Origin: an uncultured Gammaproteobacteria bacterium
GTDB lineage: Bacteria; Patescibacteriota; Microgenomatia; Levybacterales; GWA1-39-11
Reading direction: 5' to 3'
Length of the DNA stretch: 64,000 nt
NCBI GenBank assembly: GCA_964394645.1
Contig: CAYMYC010000003.1
Location: 18,315-82,314, forward strand
Below are positions 40,044-50,277 of the stretch, piece after piece. The notes under the pieces are model-generated. The model ran no database searches. It was not told where the DNA came from and saw only the letters and a list, made by a program, of their open reading frames with translations. Both the position numbers and the translations under genes were made by a program. The first letter of the stretch is position 1. Every line of letters starts with the position of its first letter.

Positions 40044-42344
40044 TTAACTTGTTGAAGATTGATCATTTTCCAATTGTATTTTTTCAAACTCTTCTTGTGC
40101 AACCTTCTTAAGATTTTTTAGCTGAGCTTTAGACAGGTTACGATTCTTATGGATATAAAGTCCGATAGCTGCATCTATAGGTGAGAATATAGCAAATTCA
40201 GGTTTTCCTTGTGCCTTAATATTCCCATTTTCAATAAGTTTATTTATTGTACTTGCTGTGAGTGAAGGGTATGCCCTTGTTAATTGACCGTAGCTTGCAA
40301 GACCTGCCGAAAACTCAGGTTTTTTTATTATATCTCGTAAAAGCTCTTGAATTGGGTTTCTCATATCCGCAAATCTACCTTCAATAGGTTTTTCTATTTT
40401 TGATCCGATTATGGTAACTTTATTGTTCTTTTCAAGGATAATTGTAGGAGGATCTGAAAGTTCATCAAATAGATCCTCAGTTTGAAAATTCTGTAAAAAT
40501 TTTTCTGGCATAATTTCATCATCATATTCATCCTCATAGTCTGTTTTAAAGCCTAGAGCAACTGGAATATCTTCTGACGGTTGAGGTGGTTCAAGCCTAT
40601 TAATAAGAGCTTCAAGGGCACCGTTTTTTAAGCCAACAATTTTTTTCCCACGTTCGATTAGTTCTAATCTTTTTGTATTTACGGTATTTTGTACGTTGGC
40701 GTTGAGGAGTAAAAGCTCAAAAATGTATGCTCGTTCAGACTCAAGCCAAAAAAGAATTGTTTGAGCCGATGGCTCATGTTCTTCAATGAAAGCGATCGCC
40801 TCTTTGTCATCTGTGAATGCATTTGCTACTGTTTCTAGTGCGTCAATTCTGATTTCACTCGTTGGTTTATCATTCTCATTTTCATATTGACCGACTTTTT
40901 TATACTCCTCAATGATTTCGTCACAGATTTCTATAATTTCTTCTGGCACAGTGAATGGGAGTAATTTAGTTCCTGCTTGAATATTAATCCCGTGATGTTG
41001 TTTTATAAGCTGAGCAAGAGTTGCGAGTTCTTTAGGAGAAAGGGTTTTAGGTGTTTCTATGATTTCTTTGTCCATTAAAGCTTCGCTTGGTTGTTCAAAA
41101 GCTTCCACAGGGGGGAAAGCATCTATCTTACTTGGTGAATCTACAGATTTTTTTTGTCCCTCTTTTTTCTTAAAATAGGTAAGTAAATACTCATTGAATG
41201 CTTTTCTTGTTTCTTTAGGATCAGTTAAATGAGTAAATTCCTGCATTTTGCTCCACATCTGTAATTCTTCTTCTGTAGCCAAGTTCATGTGACGTCTGAC
41301 GGCGATAAAATTAATACTCATTTCAATGGCTCGTCTTGCTTGAGAGGAGTTGAATGGTTGTCCATTTTTCATAGCACCAAATAAAGATGTGATTTTTTCA
41401 ACCGGAATACCTTCCATGACCATTGAGATAGCAGTTAGCCTTGATTCTGGAACAGGATGCATAAAAGGTGCCTCTTTCTTTTGTGGTTGAGAGGTTTCTG
41501 GTGGCTGAGGTGCTTCTTCAGGCTTTGCAATAAGTCTATAGCGATAAGCTTTTCCATTTCCCTCAGGCTCCTTAGTTAATATGCACATATTTTCGGGGGC
41601 ATCATAGCCATTTATTAGTGAAAGGTAGGAAGAAATATTGCCTTTTGCCTTCTTGTCATCACGTTTTAATACCTCTTGGGCAAGCTCAGCTACTGTTTTT
41701 GCGTTTCCAATAAGTAGTTGTATTACCTGCGCCCTATCTCCCGATGCTCTGTGTATAGTCCCTGAAGGCATTGTTATCTCAATTCGCTTTAGGTCCCTCT
41801 TGCGGGGACCTTTTTTAATCTCATCTACAGTGGAAGGTTGCAGTTCTTCTTTTGGTGGATTTATCAGGTTTTGTAGGTCTGCTACTTCTTTTTGTGCCTT
41901 CTGTATTGCCGCTGTGATTATATCTTTAGGCAATATTCCTTTTGCCTTTAATTCATGTAACTCTGCGATTTTTGAGTCCATTTCTGCAATTCTTGCGGTT
42001 GTTTGAGAAATTCTTTGTTCTTTTTCTTTTGCATCATTAAGTACTACTTGTACATGTTCTTGAATTGAGGATAGGGTAGGAATTGTTCTTTCTCTCAGTG
42101 CATTTCTTGTTTTTCCAACACGAATGGTGTTGTCTATAAAGCTATCAGAAGTGGGATTTGTAATGTCATATCGTGCAGCAATTCGCTTAGGAGTGAGGTC
42201 TAGATTTGTACCTAATTCTTGCGCTAACTTTTCTGCGTGATTTATTGAGTTGTGTAGTTTTTCTGCACGACTGGTAAGCTCGGGTATAGAGCGCTGGGGA
42301 GTGAAAACCGGTCCTATAAGTCTTTCTTTTTCTGCCTGTGGCAT
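40044..42344 (-). CDS. Large orphan protein (coiled coil + possible winged-HTH modules)
   Basis: 'KTVAELAQEVLKRDDKKAKGNISSYLS' HTH-like segment; otherwise unrecognised. Confidence 0.55.
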   Translation of the reverse strand: MPQAEKERLIGPVFTPQRSIPELTSRAEKLHNSINHAEKLAQELGTNLDLTPKRIAARYDITNPTSDSFIDNTIRVGKTRNALRERTIPTLSSIQEHVQVVLNDAKEKEQRISQTTARIAEMDSKIAELHELKAKGILPKDIITAAIQKAQKEVADLQNLINPPKEELQPSTVDEIKKGPRKRDLKRIEITMPSGTIHRASGDRAQVIQLLIGNAKTVAELAQEVLKRDDKKAKGNISSYLSLINGYDAPENMCILTKEPEGNGKAYRYRLIAKPEEAPQPPETSQPQKKEAPFMHPVPESRLTAISMVMEGIPVEKITSLFGAMKNGQPFNSSQARRAIEMSINFIAVRRHMNLATEEELQMWSKMQEFTHLTDPKETRKAFNEYLLTYFKKKEGQKKSVDSPSKIDAFPPVEAFEQPSEALMDKEIIETPKTLSPKELATLAQLIKQHHGINIQAGTKLLPFTVPEEIIEICDEIIEEYKKVGQYENENDKPTSEIRIDALETVANAFTDDKEAIAFIEEHEPSAQTILFWLESERAYIFELLLLNANVQNTVNTKRLELIERGKKIVGLKNGALEALINRLEPPQPSEDIPVALGFKTDYEDEYDDEIMPEKFLQNFQTEDLFDELSDPPTIILEKNNKVTIIGSKIEKPIEGRFADMRNPIQELLRDIIKKPEFSAGLASYGQLTRAYPSLTASTINKLIENGNIKAQGKPEFAIFSPIDAAIGLYIHKNRNLSKAQLKNLKKVAQEEFEKIQLENDQSSTS

Positions 42345-42412
42345 AATCGAGCATTGTATCAAAAATATCCTATAATGTCAATAATGAGGCTTGTTTCTTA
42401 AATTAAAAGAAG

Positions 42413-42517
42413 GGCTACTATGAGATAATGTGAGTCTTCCCTAAAAGTTATGAAGTATAAAAACACAACACACTCCCCCTAGTGGTTTTGCAAGTGATTC
42501 TGGTGCAAATTCAAGAA
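42413..42517 (+). pseudogene. Decayed duplicate of the promoter and first ~20 codons of the M16 peptidase gene
   Basis: Aligns with 42991-43089, with substitutions and frameshifting indels. Confidence 0.85.
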
Positions 42518-42536
42518 TTTTAATAAGTCCTTAGGT

Positions 42537-42944
42537 TTACTCACGTTTCCGTGGGTATTTAAGATATCTTTCATATTCTTTGTAGGTATGAATTCCTGAT
42601 TCAAGCATTTTAAGAGAGGTAATACATGCATTTCTGTAGAGCCGATTTGTTGATAGGCGATTGTTATATCCTGCATCTGAAAATGAAGAATGTAATTTGT
42701 CTAGGCTTTCTTGATTATTTAGATATTCATACGCATCTTGTGGGTAAATTAATCTCCATGAAGTATGTGGATATTCGGTAGATTTAAATTCTTTTAATGC
42801 TGAATATAATTGTTTTGATAGTGCTACTTGTAGCGCAAGAGGCAGCTGACCTTTAAGTATTTTATTCTGTACAACCTCTACTGAAACTTGAAAAACAGGA
42901 TCCGATTCTATCGCATTCTTTCTTTCAGGATTTATCATGTCCAC
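42537..42944 (-). CDS. Hypothetical protein between the duplicated segments
   Basis: 135-aa ORF with its own promoter-like sequence. Confidence 0.55.
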   Translation of the reverse strand: MDMINPERKNAIESDPVFQVSVEVVQNKILKGQLPLALQVALSKQLYSALKEFKSTEYPHTSWRLIYPQDAYEYLNNQESLDKLHSSFSDAGYNNRLSTNRLYRNACITSLKMLESGIHTYKEYERYLKYPRKRE

Positions 42945-43026
42945 ACTATAACAGCTTATAATAAATATTGCAACACATTGAAAGATGCGAGGCTATATGA
43001 GATAATGTGAGCCTTCCCTAAAAGTT

Positions 43027-44298
43027 ATGAACTATACAAAACATACTCTATCTAATGGTTTGCAAGTGATTTTGGTACCGATTCAAGAAGTTGAGTCGGC
43101 AACTACACTGGTGTTAGTGGGTGCGGGTTCTCGGTACGAAAACAAAAAAAATAGTGGAATCTCTCATTTTCTCGAGCACATGGCTTTTAAGGGAACAAAA
43201 AACAGACCAACGGCTCGTGAAATTTCTTCAGTGATAGATGGAATAGGCGCTGAGAGCAATGCATTTACAGGAAAAGAAATAACAGGATATTATATTAAAT
43301 CCTCATCAGAACATGTTGATTTGTCATTGGATATTCTTTCAGACATGCTAGCAAACCTCTTGCTTGATCCATCTGAAATTGAAAAGGAAAAGGGCGTTAT
43401 ACTTGAGGAGATAAATCTATATGAAGATACCCCGTCGCGCAAAATTGGAGACATCTTTGAGGATTTACTCTACGGAGATGTGCCTATGGGATGGGACATA
43501 TCAGGAGATAAGAAGGTAATAAAGACAATAACCCGTGACGACTTTGTAGAATATATGAAAACTCTATATTCTGCAGATAATATGGTGGTAGTTGTTGCAG
43601 GGAAATATGATAAGAAAACTATATTGTCAGAAATTGATAAACGATTTAGTGTGCTGCCACAATTTAAAACGGCAGGATTTGAGAGTGTTACAGAAAAACA
43701 GGATGGATCAAAAGTTTTGCTTAAGTACAAAAAAACAGAGCAGTCACATTTTGCCCTAGGTGTAAGAACTACTGGAATTGAGGATGACAAGGAAAATTAT
43801 ATTTTAGGAGTTTTAGCATCTCTTCTGGGTGGGGGAATGAGTTCCAGGCTATTTCATGAAGTGCGTGAAAAACGTGGACTGGCATATTATGTTCGTGCAT
43901 ATTCTGAGAATTACAAAGACGTAGGGTATCTTGCGGCGTTTGCGGGAGTAGATAAAAACAGAATGGACGAGGCAATAGAAGTAGTTCGGGATGAGTTGCT
44001 AAAGATTTGTGAGGATGGGGAGATAACAGAAGAAGAGCTGACAAAAGCGAAAGAATATATGAAGGGACATTTTATACTTGACCTAGAGGACACACGTTCT
44101 GTAGCCTCTCATTATTCAACAGACCTTATTTTAAAGGGGAAAATGGAGAATCCTGATGAGGTTCTAAGAAATATAGACGCTGTTACTCTAGATCAGGTGA
44201 AAAGGGCTGCATGTAAATATATTAAAAAAGAACGAATGAATCTAGCGATTATTGGTGACTTTGAAGATAAATCCCGCTTTGAAAAACTTCTTGTTTAA
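43027..44298 (+). CDS. M16 (pitrilysin/insulinase family) zinc peptidase
   Basis: HFLEHMAFKGT (HXXEH), NAFT, SSRLFHEVREKRGLAY. Confidence 0.95.
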   Translation: MNYTKHTLSNGLQVILVPIQEVESATTLVLVGAGSRYENKKNSGISHFLEHMAFKGTKNRPTAREISSVIDGIGAESNAFTGKEITGYYIKSSSEHVDLSLDILSDMLANLLLDPSEIEKEKGVILEEINLYEDTPSRKIGDIFEDLLYGDVPMGWDISGDKKVIKTITRDDFVEYMKTLYSADNMVVVVAGKYDKKTILSEIDKRFSVLPQFKTAGFESVTEKQDGSKVLLKYKKTEQSHFALGVRTTGIEDDKENYILGVLASLLGGGMSSRLFHEVREKRGLAYYVRAYSENYKDVGYLAAFAGVDKNRMDEAIEVVRDELLKICEDGEITEEELTKAKEYMKGHFILDLEDTRSVASHYSTDLILKGKMENPDEVLRNIDAVTLDQVKRAACKYIKKERMNLAIIGDFEDKSRFEKLLV

Positions 44299-44341
44299 CC
44301 TACATTGATTTCAGGACTTTAGATATGGTACTGTAGATTTC

Positions 44342-45250
44342 ATGGATTCATTAGAGGAAGGTTCTTATGGTAGTTTTAGTACCGAATCGACCGGATACGA
44401 ATTTAGCTTTATGGCTCGTGAAGTTGAGCTTATGCAGCGTGCAAGTAAAGATGTGGCAAAAGGACTAAATTGGACTGAAGGGGGAAGATTTAGTCTAGAG
44501 AGGAATAAGATGCGAGCAATAGTAGAGACAGCTACTCTTGAGTTAGAATATCCACAGCTAACACTCGTTCCTATGTTTCCGTCACTTTATAGGTTTCTGA
44601 GAACGGAAGAGCTAAATAACGCGCTTACAAGAGGAGGAGAAACTATGTTGGTAGGGAGTGGTACAACTCTCTATGAATCTCTTGCGATGACTGTGGAGCA
44701 ACCCTCTCAAGGAAAAGTCGAAGAGGTATTTTCAGAATTTGGTCCAAAGATAAATTCTTTATTTGCAAGAAGAAAAAATATATCAAACGGAGAGCAGCCT
44801 GTAAACAAGGCACCTCTCCTTCCTCATAGAATAGTTGCTTTTGAGCCGGATAAAAGGCAGACTTCAGGATTTGAACGAGCAAATCAATTTTTTAGTACAG
44901 ATACAATAATAGAAAATAAACCTGCTAAGGAGAATATTGGCAAATTTTCGCATGAATCATTCCAAAATATCATGCTTAATAGATTAGATCCGGCAGTATT
45001 TAGTAGCAGTCCAAAATTTTTTGCAGACCTTATGCAGTTGGTAGAGCCAGGTGGGTCGCTTGTTGTAACAATTGGAACAGGAAATAATCCCGAGGAGCTT
45101 ACATTGCGCAAAAATTTTCTAGATCAAATAGTCCAAGATTTCCCAAATGCTAGGATGCGTGAATCGTCTAAGCTTCCGCGTTTTGTAGGCACTGCTAAAA
45201 AAATATATGGACCTGAAATGATAGCACACGTGATAGGGAGGAAAAAATGA
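44342..45250 (+). CDS. Hypothetical protein, weakly SAM-methyltransferase-like
   Basis: 'MLVGSGT' and 'LVEPGGSLVV' motifs. Confidence 0.45.
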   Translation: MDSLEEGSYGSFSTESTGYEFSFMAREVELMQRASKDVAKGLNWTEGGRFSLERNKMRAIVETATLELEYPQLTLVPMFPSLYRFLRTEELNNALTRGGETMLVGSGTTLYESLAMTVEQPSQGKVEEVFSEFGPKINSLFARRKNISNGEQPVNKAPLLPHRIVAFEPDKRQTSGFERANQFFSTDTIIENKPAKENIGKFSHESFQNIMLNRLDPAVFSSSPKFFADLMQLVEPGGSLVVTIGTGNNPEELTLRKNFLDQIVQDFPNARMRESSKLPRFVGTAKKIYGPEMIAHVIGRKK

Positions 45251-45999
45251 AACTAAAAATAGTAACGCTTAACATTTGGAGAGGAGAGGTTTATAAGGAG
45301 GCTATTGATTTTCTGATGCAAGAGAATGCAGATATTATCCTGCTTCAGGAGGTATATAATGGAACTGATAAAAATCTTCCAATTCCCTATAGATTGTATG
45401 GCTTTCTTTCGGAAATGTTTCCGCAGCATTTTTCAATTTTCGGAGCTCAGTTTTGTGATATTACAGAATATGGAAACATAGATGAAGGCAATGCTATTTT
45501 TTCTAAATTTCCAATTGTAAGCTCAAAAAACACTTTTTTTGATATACCATATTCAGTATTTAATAATCACGCGAAAGAACGATTTGACGATAATCCACAG
45601 GCTATTCTTCAGGCAGAGTTGAAATTTGGAGAGGATACGCTGAGTGCTTTTTGCGTGCATGGAGTATGGGGTTTTGACGGGAAAGATAACAAGAGAAGAT
45701 TTATCATGGCGAAAGTCATAAAAAATGAGACTTCTGGGCATAAAAATACAATATTGGCAGGAGATTTTAATTTAGTACACAATACAAAAGCCGTGGGGCA
45801 AATAGAGGAGCACTTAAAAAGTGTGTTCAAAGACAGTCTCATTTCAACATTCAATATGAAGTATAAGGATAACGGTGGGTACGCAACTGCAGCGGTAGAC
45901 ATGGTGTTTGTGTCCCCAAATATCTCAGTACTTGCGAAAAGCTGTCCGCAGGTAGACGTTTCAGACCATCTTCCACTAGTCGTAACTGTTGAAGTTTAA
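45247..45999 (+). CDS. Endonuclease/exonuclease/phosphatase (EEP) family protein
   Basis: TLNI, LQEV, GNAIFSKFPI, AGDFN, SDHLP. Confidence 0.93.
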   Translation: MKLKIVTLNIWRGEVYKEAIDFLMQENADIILLQEVYNGTDKNLPIPYRLYGFLSEMFPQHFSIFGAQFCDITEYGNIDEGNAIFSKFPIVSSKNTFFDIPYSVFNNHAKERFDDNPQAILQAELKFGEDTLSAFCVHGVWGFDGKDNKRRFIMAKVIKNETSGHKNTILAGDFNLVHNTKAVGQIEEHLKSVFKDSLISTFNMKYKDNGGYATAAVDMVFVSPNISVLAKSCPQVDVSDHLPLVVTVEV

Positions 46000-46069
46000 T
46001 ATTGAATAGCTTTTTAAATAAATTGAGAAAATTCAAGGAAGATAAATTTGGGTTCGGAGTGAACTGAGG

Positions 46070-46702
46070 TTATTCTTTTCCGACGATGACTAAAGCGTCG
46101 CCTGAGCCGGTGTAGTCGGCAGCAGCAGTTCCAATGGTATATGTTGCTCCTAAATCTTTTTTAAGAAGTGTTAAGAGGCTAGATTTTCCTGCTTTAACAT
46201 GTATTTCACTTTGTGCATAATCTGATGTGTCAGCGTTTCCTACGGTACCAAGGGTGTATCCTAATTCAGTTAATTCATCTCCTGCTTTTTTTGCAGCACC
46301 TGTTACACCGCTTCCGTTTTGAACAGCAACTGTTATTGTAGCGCGGTCTATTCCGGTTGTCGCATCTTTTGTTGTTGTGTTTCCAGCCGTTTTTGTAGGC
46401 GTTGCAACTGTAGTAGGAGTTGCTTTTCCGATTGGGCTTGGAGTTGTTTCCTCTTCTGGTGTAGGAGTAGGTAGATCAGTGGGAGTAGGCTCCATTGTTT
46501 GGATAGGTGTTGGAGTTGGTTCACTATTCATTGTATCTCCACCCAAAAATTTTACTGCCCCAAATGCAATAAGACCCAAAATTAATAAAAGAATTATTAA
46601 AAATAAAAGTTTTTTCCCACGTCGCGATGAGCTAGAAGATGAACTTGATGAAGATGTTGTTTCTGAGCTGAAGGGAGATTGTGAAAAAACAGATTCTTCC
46701 AT
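46070..46702 (-). CDS. LytR C-terminal domain membrane protein
   Basis: TM, PT linker, 'VAVQNGSGVTGAAKK..L..LGY..GNA...VIVG'. Confidence 0.88.
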   Translation of the reverse strand: MEESVFSQSPFSSETTSSSSSSSSSSRRGKKLLFLIILLLILGLIAFGAVKFLGGDTMNSEPTPTPIQTMEPTPTDLPTPTPEEETTPSPIGKATPTTVATPTKTAGNTTTKDATTGIDRATITVAVQNGSGVTGAAKKAGDELTELGYTLGTVGNADTSDYAQSEIHVKAGKSSLLTLLKKDLGATYTIGTAAADYTGSGDALVIVGKE

Positions 46703-46792
46703 GGATAAGGTGGAGTATAGCATAACTTTAAAAAAAAGCAAGAACGATAACTCTTTACATAAGACAATGTTTTCAGTACAATATACAGATTC

Positions 46793-47260
46793 ATGGAGAA
46801 AACAGTAGTATTAGTAAAACCAGATGGAGTGCAGAGGGGATTAATCGGTGAGATTATCACAAGATTTGAGAGAAAGGGCTTGCGGTTAGCGGGTCTTAAG
46901 ATGATTTCTTTAGGAGACGCAACGCTAGATGAATGGTATGCGCATCACAAAGACAAGTCTTTTTTCCCTGATCTTAAATCTTATATGATGTCTTATCCGG
47001 TTGTTGCTATGCTCTGGGAAGGATTGGATGCTGCTGTAACCGTGAGAAAATTGATTGGAATTACCAAAGCAAGAGATGCAGAGCCTGGTACAATTCGTGG
47101 AGATTTTGCTATGTCTCAGCAGTACAATCTTATTCACGCTTCTGAATCGGTTGATGCAGCCAGAAAAGAGGAAGCTCTTATCTTCACAGAGGATGAGGTA
47201 TTTCAATGGGTAAAAGAAGACTATAAGCAAGTATACGCCTCAGAGGAGCATAAAAAGTAA
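46793..47260 (+). CDS. ndk: Nucleoside diphosphate kinase
   Basis: KPDGVQRGLIGEII, PGTIRGDF, NLIHAS. Confidence 0.97.
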   Translation: MEKTVVLVKPDGVQRGLIGEIITRFERKGLRLAGLKMISLGDATLDEWYAHHKDKSFFPDLKSYMMSYPVVAMLWEGLDAAVTVRKLIGITKARDAEPGTIRGDFAMSQQYNLIHASESVDAARKEEALIFTEDEVFQWVKEDYKQVYASEEHKK

Positions 47261-47267
47261 CTACCCC

Positions 47268-48029
47268 TTATTTATCAAGATTATTAACATCAAGCGTATC
47301 GGCAAGTTTAAATTTTCCTACTTTTGTGCGTACTAATTTTGTAAGATATGCGCCGGTTTGGAGCATTTCGCCAATATCTCGTGCTAGAGACCGTATATAG
47401 ACTCCCTTTTTGCATTCTACCTTTATTTCAAGAATAGGGTAATTATAGCGTATAATCTGAATATCTTTTATAAAAACCTTTCTTGCCTTAATATTTGGAT
47501 GTAGAGGTTCTATTTGTGTGTTTGCATGTGCAATGTGTCTTGCTGCGCGTGCATATTTATACGCTTCGCGACCGTTTATTTTAACCGCGCTATAGACAGG
47601 AGGGGTTTGCATAATTTCTCCGATAAATTTTTTTATACACTCCCTAATTTCACTTTTTGTTGGAATATTACCAATGATGTTATCGTCAATGATGTTTTTT
47701 TTTGAACCCAATTGAGGTTGAACCTCATTTGTGGGAAGTTTTTTAGGTGATAGATGGCTGTACTCATAAATCGGACCTTCTTTGTCATCTGTTTCAGAAA
47801 TATACCCAAGCATGAGTGTGGCAATATACTCCTTGTCTCCTTTTACATATGTATCTAATAGTTTTGTGTTTTCGCGTCCTACCGCGATTACTAGTACTCC
47901 CTCTGCAAGTGGATCTAGCGTTCCTCCATGACCAACACGCTTAACTCCTGTTGCAGCTCTTATTTTGTTTACCACATCATGTGATGTGATTCCTACCGGT
48001 TTGTAGACTGAAAATATACCTTGAAGCAT
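47268..48029 (-). CDS. truB: tRNA pseudouridine(55) synthase TruB (no PUA domain, two insertions)
   Basis: KPVGITSHDVV, GHGGTLDPLAEGVL, PPVYSAVK, GVYIRSLARDIG. Confidence 0.95.
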   Translation of the reverse strand: MLQGIFSVYKPVGITSHDVVNKIRAATGVKRVGHGGTLDPLAEGVLVIAVGRENTKLLDTYVKGDKEYIATLMLGYISETDDKEGPIYEYSHLSPKKLPTNEVQPQLGSKKNIIDDNIIGNIPTKSEIRECIKKFIGEIMQTPPVYSAVKINGREAYKYARAARHIAHANTQIEPLHPNIKARKVFIKDIQIIRYNYPILEIKVECKKGVYIRSLARDIGEMLQTGAYLTKLVRTKVGKFKLADTLDVNNLDK

Positions 48030-48051
48030 ATGCGTATTGTATAATAATCCG

Positions 48052-49338
48052 GTGAATAAGCAAAAAGTAGGTATATATGCTTGGGCAGGACCAGGTACGG
48101 TCAGACTACTTAAAACTAAATATCATAATCCTGGAATAGATGAGCGCAGTTTTTTAACTGCGTATGATAGTAAAAAACTTTTGACTGCAAAGGAACATTT
48201 TGGTGTGACTGATGCTTGGGTTACCTACTCATGGGGTTTTTCTGAAAAGACAGAAAAGACTGATTATAAGTTTATAACATCGCGAATTAAAAATTTCAAA
48301 AAAAATAAGATTCGGACACACGCCTACATACAAGGGTTTAATCTTGTAACTGCTGAATTTAAAGATAGAGATCCGTGGTGTAGGGATTTTAAAGGAAGAC
48401 TTCTACCATACAGTAAAGGAAGAAGCCTTACATGTCCTAATAATCCTGTCGCTTCAAAAATTATTCTTGATAGAGTTGAGAGTGCATGCAGAGAAGACTT
48501 TGATGGAATTTTTATAGACAACATATTTTTTGGCTTACCTCCTCTTTTTATATACTCAGACTATATGTCCTATTGTGGATGTGTATGCGTGTATTGTCAG
48601 ACTAAGTTTAAGGATAAATATGGATACAGCCTTTCCTTAATGGAAAAAAGAGGCAGTGGGGTACGAGACTATTTAGAATTTAGAGCGGACAGTACATATA
48701 AGGTGTTAAGAATGGCAAAGACTATAGCGCAAAAAAACAAAAAGTTTTTTGGAGTGAATTTATATGATCCTGTGTCATATACTCCTGAAATATATTTTGG
48801 ATATAGCTTTTCAAAAATCGCTAAATTGCTCTCATACTATCTTATTGAGAATCTATCCTTACCATCACAGTTAAACCATAATAACTCCTACTATAAAGAA
48901 TTTATTCAGAACACAAAAAAAGATGTGTTTATAGTGTCTTATAGGAAGGGAATAGGATTGGATAGCGAGTATTCTCAAGGAGACGTTGATTCTATTTTTG
49001 CAGAAGGAGAAAGCTTGGGATATGCGCCATGTATTAAGACAAGTGAATATAAAACACATGGTGTATGGCATTACTTAGATGCAGGAAAATTTCAGCTGCC
49101 TGACAGGACAACAAAAATATTTAGAAATATTGTCATAAAGTCTAGAAAACTAAAGAAAAGCGGAAAGGCAAATGTTCTGGTAGGACAAGTCTCAAGCTAT
49201 TTATACACCCCTTTTTCTAATTTATTGTGGGATAGTAGAGTTATTTATTCGCTGCTTAACAAGACGCGGGTTTTACCTCTAATGCTTAAAAAATCAAGGA
49301 AATATGAATTAGAAAGGCTAAGTAAAAGTAAAAATTGA
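48052..49338 (+). CDS. Putative glycoside-hydrolase-like TIM-barrel protein
   Basis: 'TCPNNP', 'FDGIFIDN', 'CGCVCVYCQTKF' resemble GH42/GHL-type domains. Confidence 0.6.
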   Translation: MNKQKVGIYAWAGPGTVRLLKTKYHNPGIDERSFLTAYDSKKLLTAKEHFGVTDAWVTYSWGFSEKTEKTDYKFITSRIKNFKKNKIRTHAYIQGFNLVTAEFKDRDPWCRDFKGRLLPYSKGRSLTCPNNPVASKIILDRVESACREDFDGIFIDNIFFGLPPLFIYSDYMSYCGCVCVYCQTKFKDKYGYSLSLMEKRGSGVRDYLEFRADSTYKVLRMAKTIAQKNKKFFGVNLYDPVSYTPEIYFGYSFSKIAKLLSYYLIENLSLPSQLNHNNSYYKEFIQNTKKDVFIVSYRKGIGLDSEYSQGDVDSIFAEGESLGYAPCIKTSEYKTHGVWHYLDAGKFQLPDRTTKIFRNIVIKSRKLKKSGKANVLVGQVSSYLYTPFSNLLWDSRVIYSLLNKTRVLPLMLKKSRKYELERLSKSKN

Positions 49339-49340
49339 GA

Positions 49341-50237
49341 TTACACATAATCTTTTTTGATGTTAGATTTCCTACTTTGCCTTTTAGCCTTAAAGGTTTG
49401 ATAATCAGAAAGTGCAGCATGTGTAATATCCAAAATAGTTTCTCTTGAAAAGGGTGTTTCAATTACGTCTATATTATTTGGGATATCATATGCAGGATAT
49501 TTATAAGGAAGTACTAGGGTGACCTTTGCGTCTGGTGCGAATTTTATGGTATGGATTTTCTCGTCTGGTCCATACTTATCTAGTATTGTTGGATTTTTGA
49601 GAGGAATTTCTTCCCCACGAAATTTATGGGTAAAGGCATGTAAGCTATTAAGTTGGGTAACATTTGCTTCATACTGCTTATTGTAGTTGGTTTTACATTC
49701 AAGCAATGTGTGCACTGTGGGTACTTGTGCTTTGTCTATTACTAAACCGTCTGGAGTGTGACAGCCATCTATTTCTGCAAAAACTCTAAAGCATGATCCT
49801 GCATCAACAATACCTTTTCCATTAGGAAGTAAGCTTGAGATCCATGCATTTGTTAATCTTTCAAAAGTGGTTCCCATTGCATGTAAAAAAGAAATTGCTT
49901 CGGTTTTTATGCTTGGATCTGAGTTTCTATAGTCTAGTTCATGAGCTGATTTCCAAATTTGACTTATCCCGTTTTTTGCAATAATTGTTTCGAGTGTATC
50001 TGATATGGCAGATGAGCTTTTTGCAAGCATATTTAGCTGTGGGAAATTATCCAGGCTTATATAATTATTTTCTTTTATTGATTTTTCTGGTGTTGGTTTA
50101 GGTTTTGCGTTTATATTCCTTTCCCGCATCTCAGGCAGTTTTTGTTTTGAAAATTGGTTGAGCACGAACTCATTGGTTCGGTAATATTCAAGGTCAATTA
50201 TGTTCACGCCCATATTATATTCCTGAATTTGTGGCAT
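49341..50237 (-). CDS. Orphan PD-(D/E)XK nuclease-like protein
   Basis: 'GTTFERL...TPDGLVI...LLECKT' = E...PD...ExK. Confidence 0.55.
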   Translation of the reverse strand: MPQIQEYNMGVNIIDLEYYRTNEFVLNQFSKQKLPEMRERNINAKPKPTPEKSIKENNYISLDNFPQLNMLAKSSSAISDTLETIIAKNGISQIWKSAHELDYRNSDPSIKTEAISFLHAMGTTFERLTNAWISSLLPNGKGIVDAGSCFRVFAEIDGCHTPDGLVIDKAQVPTVHTLLECKTNYNKQYEANVTQLNSLHAFTHKFRGEEIPLKNPTILDKYGPDEKIHTIKFAPDAKVTLVLPYKYPAYDIPNNIDVIETPFSRETILDITHAALSDYQTFKAKRQSRKSNIKKDYV

Positions 50238-50277
50238 AGCAAATTATCATTGTATTCTGAGATAGAGTATTTTGTGT

